A DNA stretch of 64,000 nt from Oligoflexia bacterium (GTDB taxonomy: Bacteria > Bdellovibrionota > UBA1018). Below are positions 52,159 to 61,706 of the stretch, piece after piece. The notes below the pieces were generated by a model. The model was given only the letters and a program-made list of their open reading frames with translations. It did no database searches and was not told the DNA's origin. The DNA is taken from assembly GCA_963758495.1 (NCBI GenBank), contig CAVWVI010000004.1, forward strand, positions 800,001-864,000, in the 5' to 3' direction. Each line of letters begins with the position of its first letter. Position 1 is the stretch's first letter. Both the position numbers and the translations under genes were made by a program.

Positions 52159-53199
52159 TTAAAAATCAATGGCTTCAAAAATCTTCGTTTTTACATTCCA
52201 GATAACATTTTGACCATGATTAAAATCAAATCCTGTTGTCATAATCTCTCCATTTGGCGCACGCGCACCTAATATCTCTAGGTCATTAGCATCACGAAAC
52301 ATCAATATGTCGTTATGTGTTTCTACATAAAATGATTCTAGAAGGCCCAGCTTTTTTTGAACCTCTTTTAGGTTTTTAAATCCCAAAACTTGAATCAAAT
52401 AACGCTCTTCTGACTTATCATGATTATTTAGCACTTTATCAAGACGATCTGCCAACTCTGCAGCAGTTGGGCCTTGAATTGTAGGCTGACGAAAAATACC
52501 TTGGGAAATTTCCTTAGGACTACCGACAAACGGCACAGCATGAATGATAGCCTTTTCTTTTCCAGATTCGTCTATTTCTTTAAAATTATCTGCACAAATT
52601 TTATAAATATTTTGAATAGCCAAATCTGTTCGAGCCGCTTTAATGGCAGTTTTCATTCCATTTCCCCAAGGAGATGGCTTTCTTAATTTAACTACTTCAT
52701 TAGAGTTTTCAGTTATCCAATGCATTCTGAGTGCTAACCTTAAAGGCAACCTCGGAAACTTTCGGATTAAAACTTCTGGATCGAGATCTTTATAAATATC
52801 TTTTAAGGCATGATCACTCGGAGTTTCACCATGAACATAATAAGCCCATGACATTGACCCTTCACCTGCAAAAGTCAGCCGCTGACCTGTTTTAGCTTCA
52901 AAATCTTGAACTCTACGTTTTTTATACGCATCATCTGTCTCGTGATCGTATTTGGGAGGAATGTTGTAAGACATATTATAGCGAATAGTGCTATTTGAAC
53001 CTAACTTTTTTGGCCTAATATATCGGAAATCCTTTGGTGTAACCACTTTTGTAAACTTCCAAGAGTCCTTATAGCCAGTAGAATAAGGGTCAGCCTTAGA
53101 AAATCTGCTTAATATATCATTTGGATTTGTAGGTATAGCTTGACAGCATTTATTAATTGTAGGGACTTTTGATCCGGGAGGAGGAAACAGTTCCTCCAA
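52159..53199 (-). CDS. Atypical protein-kinase-like protein, possibly N-terminally interrupted
   Basis: AGEGSMSWAY (Gly loop-like), VVKLRK, IQGPTAAE, DFNHGQNVIW..IDF. An upstream in-frame leader is cut by TGA at 53230-53232. Confidence 0.55.
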   Translation of the reverse strand: MEELFPPPGSKVPTINKCCQAIPTNPNDILSRFSKADPYSTGYKDSWKFTKVVTPKDFRYIRPKKLGSNSTIRYNMSYNIPPKYDHETDDAYKKRRVQDFEAKTGQRLTFAGEGSMSWAYYVHGETPSDHALKDIYKDLDPEVLIRKFPRLPLRLALRMHWITENSNEVVKLRKPSPWGNGMKTAIKAARTDLAIQNIYKICADNFKEIDESGKEKAIIHAVPFVGSPKEISQGIFRQPTIQGPTAAELADRLDKVLNNHDKSEERYLIQVLGFKNLKEVQKKLGLLESFYVETHNDILMFRDANDLEILGARAPNGEIMTTGFDFNHGQNVIWNVKTKIFEAIDF

Positions 53200-53307
53200 T
53201 TCTGCTAAAGCCCGGTGGCACTCTTTATCTCAACCTCCGATGGGGCCGAAAGACCCGAGGGAAAGATAGAGACATGCCATTAACAATATATCGGTCTAAA
53301 AATTTCG

Positions 53308-56300
53308 TTATTTATTTTGACGTAGAATTTTATCCATACTTTCTCTAGCCAGTTGATTTGCCTTATCCATTGAATATTTACCTGTTTCATATCTATAGAA
53401 GCATTTAAGAAGTGCTCTCGATAATTCTTCCAAAGGTTTTGTCCCTTTATGGTTAATCGACAGACTTTTACCATCTAATTCATTTAATCTTTTTTCGACA
53501 AGCTGGTATCGCTCTGGAATTTCATTACCTTGGATTTTAGAAATTCCACTCCTGATCTCACTTATAATCTTATTTATATCCTGTTTTTTTTCTGACCCAG
53601 CCAATAATTTGCTCAATACAATACCCATTTGAAAGTAATCATTTTGGATGCCTGTGAATTTTTTCACATCCTTAATTCCAAGTACATGCATTGCGCTTTC
53701 GATAGCTTGATTTTTATCAATTTTAAGTTCATTCCCCACTTTCATATGTTCTTGTTCGTAATCATAATACGCATTAAATTCTGGATCATTTGCAGACACC
53801 CTTAGTGATCTGGAATAAGGAGAAGTAAGATACACATCATTTTCCGAATCAAACCATCCCAAATTATTTTGAGTATGATTATAGCCAGGCAATATCAAAG
53901 TAGCTTTTTTCGGATCGGATGCATTTGCCTTTTTCCATATCGCTGATCCGAAATCAATAATGAGACAATTTCCACTATCATCGATCATTACATTTTCAAG
54001 TTTGATATCCCTATGAATAATTCCAGCACTATGAAGGGCATCCATTTGAGTCACAAGCTGCCTTCCACATTTTTCCTTGACCTCAGGATTTCCAAGCAAT
54101 TTCCCATACTGCTTGAGTCCATTATAGCCCTTTGGAGCGCTCTCTAAATCAAATGCTTTTTGCAGGTCAATTCCAAGATTAGGATTAATTTTACTATCCT
54201 TCTTTTTATCCTGAATAAATTTTTGAATAAGTGGGTTAGTGGCCGCTAACCTCCGAAAAACATTCACAACCTCTGATTTTAAATCACTTTCGGCACGCTT
54301 TTGTGTCGGCAATTTTCTCTTAAATTGATTACTTCCCAACCTCTGATTATCATCTGCTTTATATTGCTCCAAAATCTTTTTTTCATGATTTTTAAAATCA
54401 AATGCTTGATAAAGCTCTTTTGTAGTCGCTGGGGATCCCACAACCATCCTACACTCACGTCCTGCATTGATATACGAAGTTGGTACAAAATACTTGACCC
54501 CATTTTCGCAATAGGCTTGTACACTCAACTTAATTATTGTTGGCGTTGCGCTTGTATAAGTAAATTTGTTACTCAACTGGCCATCAACACTATCAATACA
54601 TTTGTAATTCTTCAGCTTCATAGTATTGGACTGGTTTTCATTTTCCAATTGTTTCAAAATTGAATCAACCGCACTTTTATTAGGGCCAGAACTACTCAAT
54701 CTGGCTCCTTTACAAAACTCCTGAATATCATAAGGATAATTAAATAGAGCATTTTCCATAAATGCCTTAAGTTTTGGAGCCGTCTTCTTAAACTGCATAC
54801 TTTCAATACTTAACAAATCTGCATCGATCAGAGCTTTGAGCTTTGTTTGTAGTTCAGCAAAGTTACCGTTAATTTCCCTAGTCTTGCGACTCAGATTATT
54901 ACTTTCACAGAGACTACTTTCTTGAGTCATTAATTCTGACCTAAGCTCGTCCATCTTTAACTTTAATTGCTTCTCCATATCCACAATTTCAGACTCTTTG
55001 GACAAGGAATAAAGTTCCGCTTTTTTTCTGACTTCTGCCAATCCTTGGTTCATTTCTTTTTCAAGAACCGATTTATTATTTTGAATCAGTCCATAAATGT
55101 CTGAAATCTCTTTTAAATTTCCGCAGAGATTCTGTAAATTCGGATTAAAAACAGAATCACTCTGAAATGGACAATTCTCCTTAATTTCAGAATAATGCAT
55201 GTTCTCACTTGGCTCGACTTTATTTGAAGACCCCAAACTAGCATCAAGACGCTCCACTTCCTTGAGCGCTTTGTCCATTGCCTCATAATGAGCTTCGATC
55301 ATGCCCAATTTTTTTTGAGTAAGATCTGAAGGCTCAGTTAAATATTTCTGAATGAATTCATCCTGCTTAGCCTTTAAGTTTTCAATTGCTTGATCATTAA
55401 TAGGGTTCTTACTTAACTCAGCAAGCCACTGTTGACGATAACTTTCTGATTTAGAGATAAGTGAAGACTTCCCATGATCCTGATCCAGCAGGGTACTATT
55501 TTTATGAATATCCTCCAATTCTTTATCCACTTTTGAGAGATTAGCTTTGTAATCTCTTAATTGCGCATTCAGTAGAATCAGATGTTTTTCTAATTCATCT
55601 CTTATGGCCTGCTGCTTTTCACTTAACTTCTTTTCTGCTTTTAGATTCTCAATCATTTTTTCCGCAGAATGAATTGAATGCGCTAATTCATCTGCTTTAT
55701 CTTTATTTCTTAAAATAAAATCGTTCAGCCGCTTTTTAGCATTTTCATAACTCTCAGATTCTTTGTTTATAGAAGCTTTCACTCCATCTTGAAAGTCTTG
55801 ATCTAATTGGCTAACCTGACCATATTTTGAATGAATCGCGAACACCTGATCGTGAGCATCTTTAGCATGTTTGAAACTCTGTTCTAATTTTTCAAGATCC
55901 GTTTCAGTCGAAAGGTTTGACTCCCGTGTAAATAGATTAAGTGTACGCTGAGTCTTTTCTTCAGCATCAGTAACTATTTTTCTATTCAATTCTCTCACAC
56001 TATTTCCTTGGTACCGACTAAACACTCCTCCTTCCCCTATATCTTTTGCCATACCATCCGTAGGTGAACCTAGATCTTTAATCATCTGCGCTAGATTCCC
56101 TCTCAACTCTCTTAATTTCTCCGGTGTCATTTTATTTACTACTTCAACTTCAGGTTGCGATACAGTTGATACAGAAGGATTGCTGATAGATTCTTCTTGA
56201 ACGGGAGCATCCACTATCACAGGGGCATCCATGGAAACATTCACTCTGAGTCGAGCCACTTCAGATTCTAATTTTTTTATTTTTAACATGTCGGCATCAT

Positions 56301-57972
56301 TTCTACGTTGTTCAAATGCACGGTTTTGACCGTTCATCCCCTTTTGTAGTTCCTCCAGCTTTTGATATTGCTTTTTAAGTTCAGCGTGCTCTTTGATCAA
56401 TTGCTTGTTTGGACTCAGATAATCCATATCACGCTTCTGAACCTTGGGGGCTTTCGCTAGCTCTTGTTGTAATTTTTCAATTTCCTCTTTATATTGATTC
56501 AGTAAGCTTTCTTGCTCGCGTGCCTGATTTGCCTGACTTTGCAATTCGTCTTTCTGTTTTCTCAGTAATGAAAGCTCATTCTCTAACTCCAGATTTTTCT
56601 GATGAACCGCCCCTAGACTTAATTTTTCATTTTCTAATTCTTGAATACGAGCAGCCTTAGCTGCAATTTCACCTGAATATCCATTTTTCTCATTCTGATG
56701 TAAAATCTCCATGTTAGTATGCTCTAAGGCCAAAGCCACTGATTTTTCTTCTGATTTACGTAATTGACTTTCAAGAGCTTGAATTTTACTTTCACCCGCT
56801 TTCCTCTGTTCATCACTCTGCCTTCCCTCGGCTTCTTGATTGGCTAAGGACTGTTTGGCCGCTGCGAGTTCAGATAATAGCCGCTCTTCATTAACCTGAC
56901 GATTCTGCAAGTCCTGACTCAATTTTTGTAATTGCTGATCTTTCTCTTCTTTTTGACTGACTAACTCCTCTTGAAGTTTTTCCTTTGAATCTTGCATTTC
57001 TTGAAGTTCTTTCATGTACTTTGCTTTAATTTTTTCGACTTTCAATTCCGCTTGCTTTTGGCGTTGTATTGTTAATTTTCCCTTGGAAGCACGTAACTGT
57101 TTCTGAATCTGATCTACTTCTTTTTGAAGACCATCCACACTGGTATTCGCCTTAGCTTCCAATGCAGCTTTCTGTGGGATTATTTCGCCCTTTTCTGAAG
57201 GATTATTGAACTTATACTGAAGTTTTTTATAATGACCCATTAATTCGTCATATTTTTTAGAGAGGTCTGTAGGGGACGGCTTTTTGGCAATATATTCGTT
57301 ATATTCTTGCAGTTTAGTTTGGTAATTTTTTAAAGACCCATGTAACTCGGTCTGATCTTGAGGAACGGTTTTAATATAGGAATTGATTACATCTTGGTAG
57401 GCTTGCATCGCACCCCCATAAACAACGTGAGATTGATGCTGATTGGGATTGCTGTAAAACTGTTTCAATTTTTCAGTGTAAATTTTTGAGTGAGTAACTA
57501 ATGGATGCTCTTGAGCCTTTCCATCGTTATGATAGACAGACCCTAATAGCTGTGTATAGCTATCAGCAATTCGAACTTCTGGATGAATCTCTTTTTGTTT
57601 TACTTCTTCTTTTTTAATTTCTGATTCCGGATTCTGGGCAATGGCAAGAAGGGCTTCCTGATAATTTTTGATCCGATCCATTACGATTTTTAGTTGATTT
57701 TCATCGCCCCACCAGCGAGAAGGTTTTCCATTTTCAAGGAATTGCTCTAAATACTTTCTCCAATGATCTAGATTTTCAAGTTCAAACTTTGTATCTTTAA
57801 CTTTATGTTCGAATGCAAGGAGAGGAACCTCAATTTCGCCCGAGCTAACAGCATCCTGACGCTTAGTAACTGCACTATTACTTTGCTCAGCTGCAGAGCA
57901 TGGCACGCTAATAGACAAAGCAAATAGAGCAGATAAAATCCCCAATCTCAAAAAGACATAATTTTTAGGCAT
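53308..57972 (-). CDS. 1554-aa secreted coiled-coil protein with C-terminal Ser/Thr kinase domain
   Basis: Signal peptide, long E/K/Q-rich heptad region and LHSAGIIHRDIKLENVMIDD..IIDFGSA. Confidence 0.85.
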   Translation of the reverse strand: MPKNYVFLRLGILSALFALSISVPCSAAEQSNSAVTKRQDAVSSGEIEVPLLAFEHKVKDTKFELENLDHWRKYLEQFLENGKPSRWWGDENQLKIVMDRIKNYQEALLAIAQNPESEIKKEEVKQKEIHPEVRIADSYTQLLGSVYHNDGKAQEHPLVTHSKIYTEKLKQFYSNPNQHQSHVVYGGAMQAYQDVINSYIKTVPQDQTELHGSLKNYQTKLQEYNEYIAKKPSPTDLSKKYDELMGHYKKLQYKFNNPSEKGEIIPQKAALEAKANTSVDGLQKEVDQIQKQLRASKGKLTIQRQKQAELKVEKIKAKYMKELQEMQDSKEKLQEELVSQKEEKDQQLQKLSQDLQNRQVNEERLLSELAAAKQSLANQEAEGRQSDEQRKAGESKIQALESQLRKSEEKSVALALEHTNMEILHQNEKNGYSGEIAAKAARIQELENEKLSLGAVHQKNLELENELSLLRKQKDELQSQANQAREQESLLNQYKEEIEKLQQELAKAPKVQKRDMDYLSPNKQLIKEHAELKKQYQKLEELQKGMNGQNRAFEQRRNDADMLKIKKLESEVARLRVNVSMDAPVIVDAPVQEESISNPSVSTVSQPEVEVVNKMTPEKLRELRGNLAQMIKDLGSPTDGMAKDIGEGGVFSRYQGNSVRELNRKIVTDAEEKTQRTLNLFTRESNLSTETDLEKLEQSFKHAKDAHDQVFAIHSKYGQVSQLDQDFQDGVKASINKESESYENAKKRLNDFILRNKDKADELAHSIHSAEKMIENLKAEKKLSEKQQAIRDELEKHLILLNAQLRDYKANLSKVDKELEDIHKNSTLLDQDHGKSSLISKSESYRQQWLAELSKNPINDQAIENLKAKQDEFIQKYLTEPSDLTQKKLGMIEAHYEAMDKALKEVERLDASLGSSNKVEPSENMHYSEIKENCPFQSDSVFNPNLQNLCGNLKEISDIYGLIQNNKSVLEKEMNQGLAEVRKKAELYSLSKESEIVDMEKQLKLKMDELRSELMTQESSLCESNNLSRKTREINGNFAELQTKLKALIDADLLSIESMQFKKTAPKLKAFMENALFNYPYDIQEFCKGARLSSSGPNKSAVDSILKQLENENQSNTMKLKNYKCIDSVDGQLSNKFTYTSATPTIIKLSVQAYCENGVKYFVPTSYINAGRECRMVVGSPATTKELYQAFDFKNHEKKILEQYKADDNQRLGSNQFKRKLPTQKRAESDLKSEVVNVFRRLAATNPLIQKFIQDKKKDSKINPNLGIDLQKAFDLESAPKGYNGLKQYGKLLGNPEVKEKCGRQLVTQMDALHSAGIIHRDIKLENVMIDDSGNCLIIDFGSAIWKKANASDPKKATLILPGYNHTQNNLGWFDSENDVYLTSPYSRSLRVSANDPEFNAYYDYEQEHMKVGNELKIDKNQAIESAMHVLGIKDVKKFTGIQNDYFQMGIVLSKLLAGSEKKQDINKIISEIRSGISKIQGNEIPERYQLVEKRLNELDGKSLSINHKGTKPLEELSRALLKCFYRYETGKYSMDKANQLARESMDKILRQNK

Positions 57973-58085
57973 CAGTTAAATTATACAATATTAATTTCTG
58001 AATGCCATTTAATACGGAGTAAATACAGGTCAATATATTTACATTTTAATTAAATAATTTTTTATTAATAAAACCATGAAATTAC

Positions 58086-58111
58086 GCCCTGTGTCTATTT
58101 ATACACAGGGC
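58086..58111. promoter_or_regulatory. Perfect 9-bp-arm palindrome in a divergent promoter region
   Basis: GCCCTGTGT-N8-ACACAGGGC in an otherwise very AT-rich spacer. Confidence 0.5.
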
Positions 58112-58212
58112 TATACTCTTACCACCTTGCTCAAAAGTTAAAAATAAAATTTTACTCAAGAATGAAAGTTGCATCTTCAATTAAAATTGGAAAAATAAAC
58201 AAGGAGAACAAA

Positions 58213-58812
58213 ATGCAAACCCTTAGAGAAATTATGACAAAAAACGTTGAAATAGTTCGTCCCAATGCAACCCTATTTGAAGCTGCAGAAAAAATGCGAA
58301 ATCAAAACGTAGGCGTATTACCCGTCGTTGAAGGTAAAAAAATTGAAGGCATGATTACTGACCGGGATATTGTAATTCGTGCATTAGCAAATCGCAAAGA
58401 TCCACGACAAACTCGGGTTTCTGATTTAATGACCCGGGATGTAGTTTATTCATACGAGGATCAGGGCGTCGATGAAGCCGCCAAAATGATGCATGATAAA
58501 CATGTAAGACGCATCCTAGTATTGAATAATAATAGAAATTTAGTAGGCGTCATCTCATTAGGTGACCTAGCAACGCAGACAGGAAGAAGAAGAATGGTTA
58601 GCGAAGTGCTCGAAGAAGTCTCTACCTCTGGTCAAAACATGATGGTGATAAGAAGATTTTGGAATAACTTAAACTCACGTGTCGGAATGGCAAGCCTTAT
58701 TGGAGTAGCCACACTTATTTTTGGAGTCTTCATGTTCCGAAGACGCCCGGAACTCCGAGCAAGGCTACAGGGTGTAACAATCCCCTTTGAAAAAGATGAA
58801 AGAGCAGCGTAA
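58213..58812 (+). CDS. CBS-pair protein with C-terminal membrane anchor
   Basis: GMITDRDIVIR, GVISLGDLA and a C-terminal hydrophobic helix. RBS AAGGAG. Confidence 0.92.
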   Translation: MQTLREIMTKNVEIVRPNATLFEAAEKMRNQNVGVLPVVEGKKIEGMITDRDIVIRALANRKDPRQTRVSDLMTRDVVYSYEDQGVDEAAKMMHDKHVRRILVLNNNRNLVGVISLGDLATQTGRRRMVSEVLEEVSTSGQNMMVIRRFWNNLNSRVGMASLIGVATLIFGVFMFRRRPELRARLQGVTIPFEKDERAA

Positions 58813-58859
58813 AAAATGAAGCATTCCCTGTTCAAAATCCAATCGTAAGTAGTTCCACC

Positions 58860-58940
58860 TTTAGGGCTGTTGACAAGCACCGCAAGGAGTCCTGTTGCGT
58901 CGTAAAGATTTGGATTTCCGGCGCAACAGGACTCCTTTTT
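58860..58940 (+). repeat. Uninterrupted copy of the palindromic repeat; hairpin + T tract may act as terminator
   Basis: AAGGAGTCCTGTTGCGTCG-loop-CGGCGCAACAGGACTCCTTTTT, preceded by TTTAGGGCTGTTGACAAGCAC. Confidence 0.88.
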
Positions 58941-58997
58941 AGACGTTCGATTATAAATATTATTACATTAAAATAAATGTCGTAGTATTGACTTCCT

Positions 58998-60287
58998 ATG
59001 AATCCAATTTTTCCTCTTTCTCTTATTAAGAAACATTCCTTGATTTGGGCTATCAGTCTTGGATGGGTACTTTGTCTTTTTCAAATTGGCTTTACATGGC
59101 TTTTCGCACCCAAAAATCCAGTTCCAGCAAATCAATATTTTCGGATGCACGTATTGGACAATTGGGATGTAAAACCTGGGAACTCTGCTTTAGAAACTGG
59201 ATATAAACGATTTAACAACTGGGATAGTCTCCGTTTTTTCGAAATTGCTCAAAATGGATTTCATATCCCCAAACACAACATCCTTGAAAGTGATATTCAC
59301 CAGTATCGAGCTAATGTCACCACTCCTCCTGCCTATCCACTAGCCGTGCATTGGATTCAACGCATCTTCAGATTACCGGGAGAAATTGCGCTTTTAGTTA
59401 CGGCACAGCTGGCATGTTGGATTTTTTGGATTTATTTTATTTTAATTTTAATTGAATCTCGAGTTCCTAGCTCCGGAATTCTTCTCAGCGCCTTCACCGT
59501 TGCAGTACACCCAGCTTCCTTTTATTTAGTTGTGGGATACACAGAGTCCCTCTTTATGGCTTCCTTTATGGGGTTAATTTACTGGACCAACCGTTGGGCA
59601 AAAAGCCGACATTCAACGACGTTCTGGTTTCTAGCTGCAAGCCACGGATTTATAGGAGCAGCCACTCGGTTTGCAGGATTTCCTATTGCCGTCTATCCAA
59701 TCGCTCAGGCCATCATAAAAGGACGAAATAAACTCCTCTCAGGTGCGCTTCTCTCGCTTTTCGTAATTTTTGGTTTAATTTCATTTTTTATATATTCTTA
59801 TTTTAAATTCGGAAAATGGGATCTCTATTTTAGTCTAACTCAGCTAGGATGGGGGCTCTCTTCCAAGAGTGGGTACTGGGCGATCTTTAATCCCATGTCC
59901 TATATCCCTTTATATTTTTTTGAAGACACTATGGCCTCTATCAATCGCACCGCAGTACCCTGGAGCTTAGGATTAATCATTCTCTCTTGGAGCTTAGATA
60001 GACAAAAAACAAACAGAATGGGTCTTTACTGTAGTGCTTTCGCACTTCTTTACGCAGCAATGATAGGAAAAGCGGGTTCAAATATGGATGGAATGATCCG
60101 ATATACTCTTCCTGCCTTTGTACCTATAATCCTTTGCATCACTCAGGTATTGAATACTGATCCATCCTACATTCAAACTGTTTTAAAATCTAAAGTTCGC
60201 TGGATCCTTTTGGCGGGGTATCTCCTTGCTATTGCTACTCAAGGATGGATGGCTTGGCGCTTTCTACATGGCCGATGGGTATCATAA
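58998..60287 (+). CDS. GT-C fold membrane glycosyltransferase (PIG-V/mannosyltransferase-like)
   Basis: NWDS..F..IAQNGF, PAYP, PASFY...GYTESLF and multiple TMs. Confidence 0.75.
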   Translation: MNPIFPLSLIKKHSLIWAISLGWVLCLFQIGFTWLFAPKNPVPANQYFRMHVLDNWDVKPGNSALETGYKRFNNWDSLRFFEIAQNGFHIPKHNILESDIHQYRANVTTPPAYPLAVHWIQRIFRLPGEIALLVTAQLACWIFWIYFILILIESRVPSSGILLSAFTVAVHPASFYLVVGYTESLFMASFMGLIYWTNRWAKSRHSTTFWFLAASHGFIGAATRFAGFPIAVYPIAQAIIKGRNKLLSGALLSLFVIFGLISFFIYSYFKFGKWDLYFSLTQLGWGLSSKSGYWAIFNPMSYIPLYFFEDTMASINRTAVPWSLGLIILSWSLDRQKTNRMGLYCSAFALLYAAMIGKAGSNMDGMIRYTLPAFVPIILCITQVLNTDPSYIQTVLKSKVRWILLAGYLLAIATQGWMAWRFLHGRWVS

Positions 60288-61484
60288 TGATTCTAATGCG
60301 ACTTCTGTAGAAATACCGCGCGTAGGAAAATACGCTTCAAATACATTTCCTTTTCCGGGAATGCTTTCAACTAAACTGACATTCCCACCATGGAGTAAAG
60401 CAATTTGTCTTGATATAAAAAGACCTAAGCCTAACCCCCCCATCCGACTGGTTCTTTGTGCTCTTTCAAAAGGTTGAAAAATCCTCTCGCGGTCCTCAAT
60501 AGGAATACTGGGGCCTTGATCTCTCACCGTCAGCCGAAATGCTCCGTCCTCATCTCTCAAGCGGATCCAAACTACCCCGCCCTCAGGAGAAAATCGAATT
60601 GCATTCATCACCAAATTCGTAATGACTTCCTCCATTCTCACCGGATCCACTCTAACAGTCAGCTTAGGAATTGAATCTACCTGAAGGATTACACCAGCTT
60701 CTTGAGCAATCACATTAAGTCGTGTCTGCGTTAACTCTTGTAAGAGCAATGCAACATCTGTCTCTGAGGGCTCAACCATAAATCGACCATTTTGAATTCT
60801 TGAAATATCCAATAAATCATCAATGAGTTCATTGAGTCGCTCTACTTGATGAATCACCATCTTCAGAAAGTTATGATGCCTCTCTTGCTCTGGAAAATTT
60901 GCCTCCTGGGTACCTTTTAGCCTCAGCATTCTTTCCTGAAGTTGAAGTATACCGTAGATCGACGTAAGTGGAGTTTTTAGTTCATGACTCGCAATCGAGA
61001 GAAACTGATTTCGAATCTGAAGCGAACTATCAAGTCTCGCAATCCGAAATAAATCTGACAAGTACTTCGCTAGAACTAAAAGCATTAATTCTTCATCTGC
61101 CGTCAGGACCCGAGTAGAGCCCACCCCAATAGCAAGATGCTCAATCAGTCGGATTGAAGTAAAATAATTAAAACACTGAAATCCAGGCCACGGGGTTTCA
61201 ATTTCAGACGAAGTAAAATACTGGATTGGATTATTTTCATCCCACTTCTGATCCATTAATTTAAATTTAAATAATGCTGCGGTTTTCTCTCGATTCACAT
61301 TTTCGGGTTGAATCGCATGAGAAATACTTAAGCCCACAGCTTCTTTAGGTTTATTAGAAACTAAAACAACCAAGGGCATATCTAGGAATAGACCCACTTT
61401 TTTTGCAAGTTCGTTCAATTCATTTTGAGATTTGGGCCAGGTAGTGATCTGATTATAAAACTGTAAAAGTTGTGTATTCTTCAC
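60282..61484 (-). CDS. Cytoplasmic sensor histidine kinase (orphan)
   Basis: FLSIASHELKTPLT, NLVMNAIRFS, DQGP and GLGLGL. No TM segment. Confidence 0.92.
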   Translation of the reverse strand: MKNTQLLQFYNQITTWPKSQNELNELAKKVGLFLDMPLVVLVSNKPKEAVGLSISHAIQPENVNREKTAALFKFKLMDQKWDENNPIQYFTSSEIETPWPGFQCFNYFTSIRLIEHLAIGVGSTRVLTADEELMLLVLAKYLSDLFRIARLDSSLQIRNQFLSIASHELKTPLTSIYGILQLQERMLRLKGTQEANFPEQERHHNFLKMVIHQVERLNELIDDLLDISRIQNGRFMVEPSETDVALLLQELTQTRLNVIAQEAGVILQVDSIPKLTVRVDPVRMEEVITNLVMNAIRFSPEGGVVWIRLRDEDGAFRLTVRDQGPSIPIEDRERIFQPFERAQRTSRMGGLGLGLFISRQIALLHGGNVSLVESIPGKGNVFEAYFPTRGISTEVALESL

Positions 61485-61683
61485 AACTTAAAGTTACCAC
61501 TTAATCAGCTCAGCGGCTCTGCGTTAAATTTCAGAAAAACGGGCACGCTAATTGAACAACTTAATATTGAAAAATCGAGGAAGAGCGTTCGCGTCATTAT
61601 CTTCGCCCCCGAAACTGATGCGACCCACCTCGACTGAGGGGCAAGCTAAACCTTGCCCCTCCTGCATTTGCATAAGGAATTCA

Positions 61684-61706
61684 TTTAGGGCTGTTGACAA
61701 GCACTG
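61684..61706. repeat. Terminal remnant of the palindromic repeat, overlapping the LysR stop
   Basis: TTTAGGGCTGTTGACAAGCAC is identical to 58860-58880. Confidence 0.85.
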
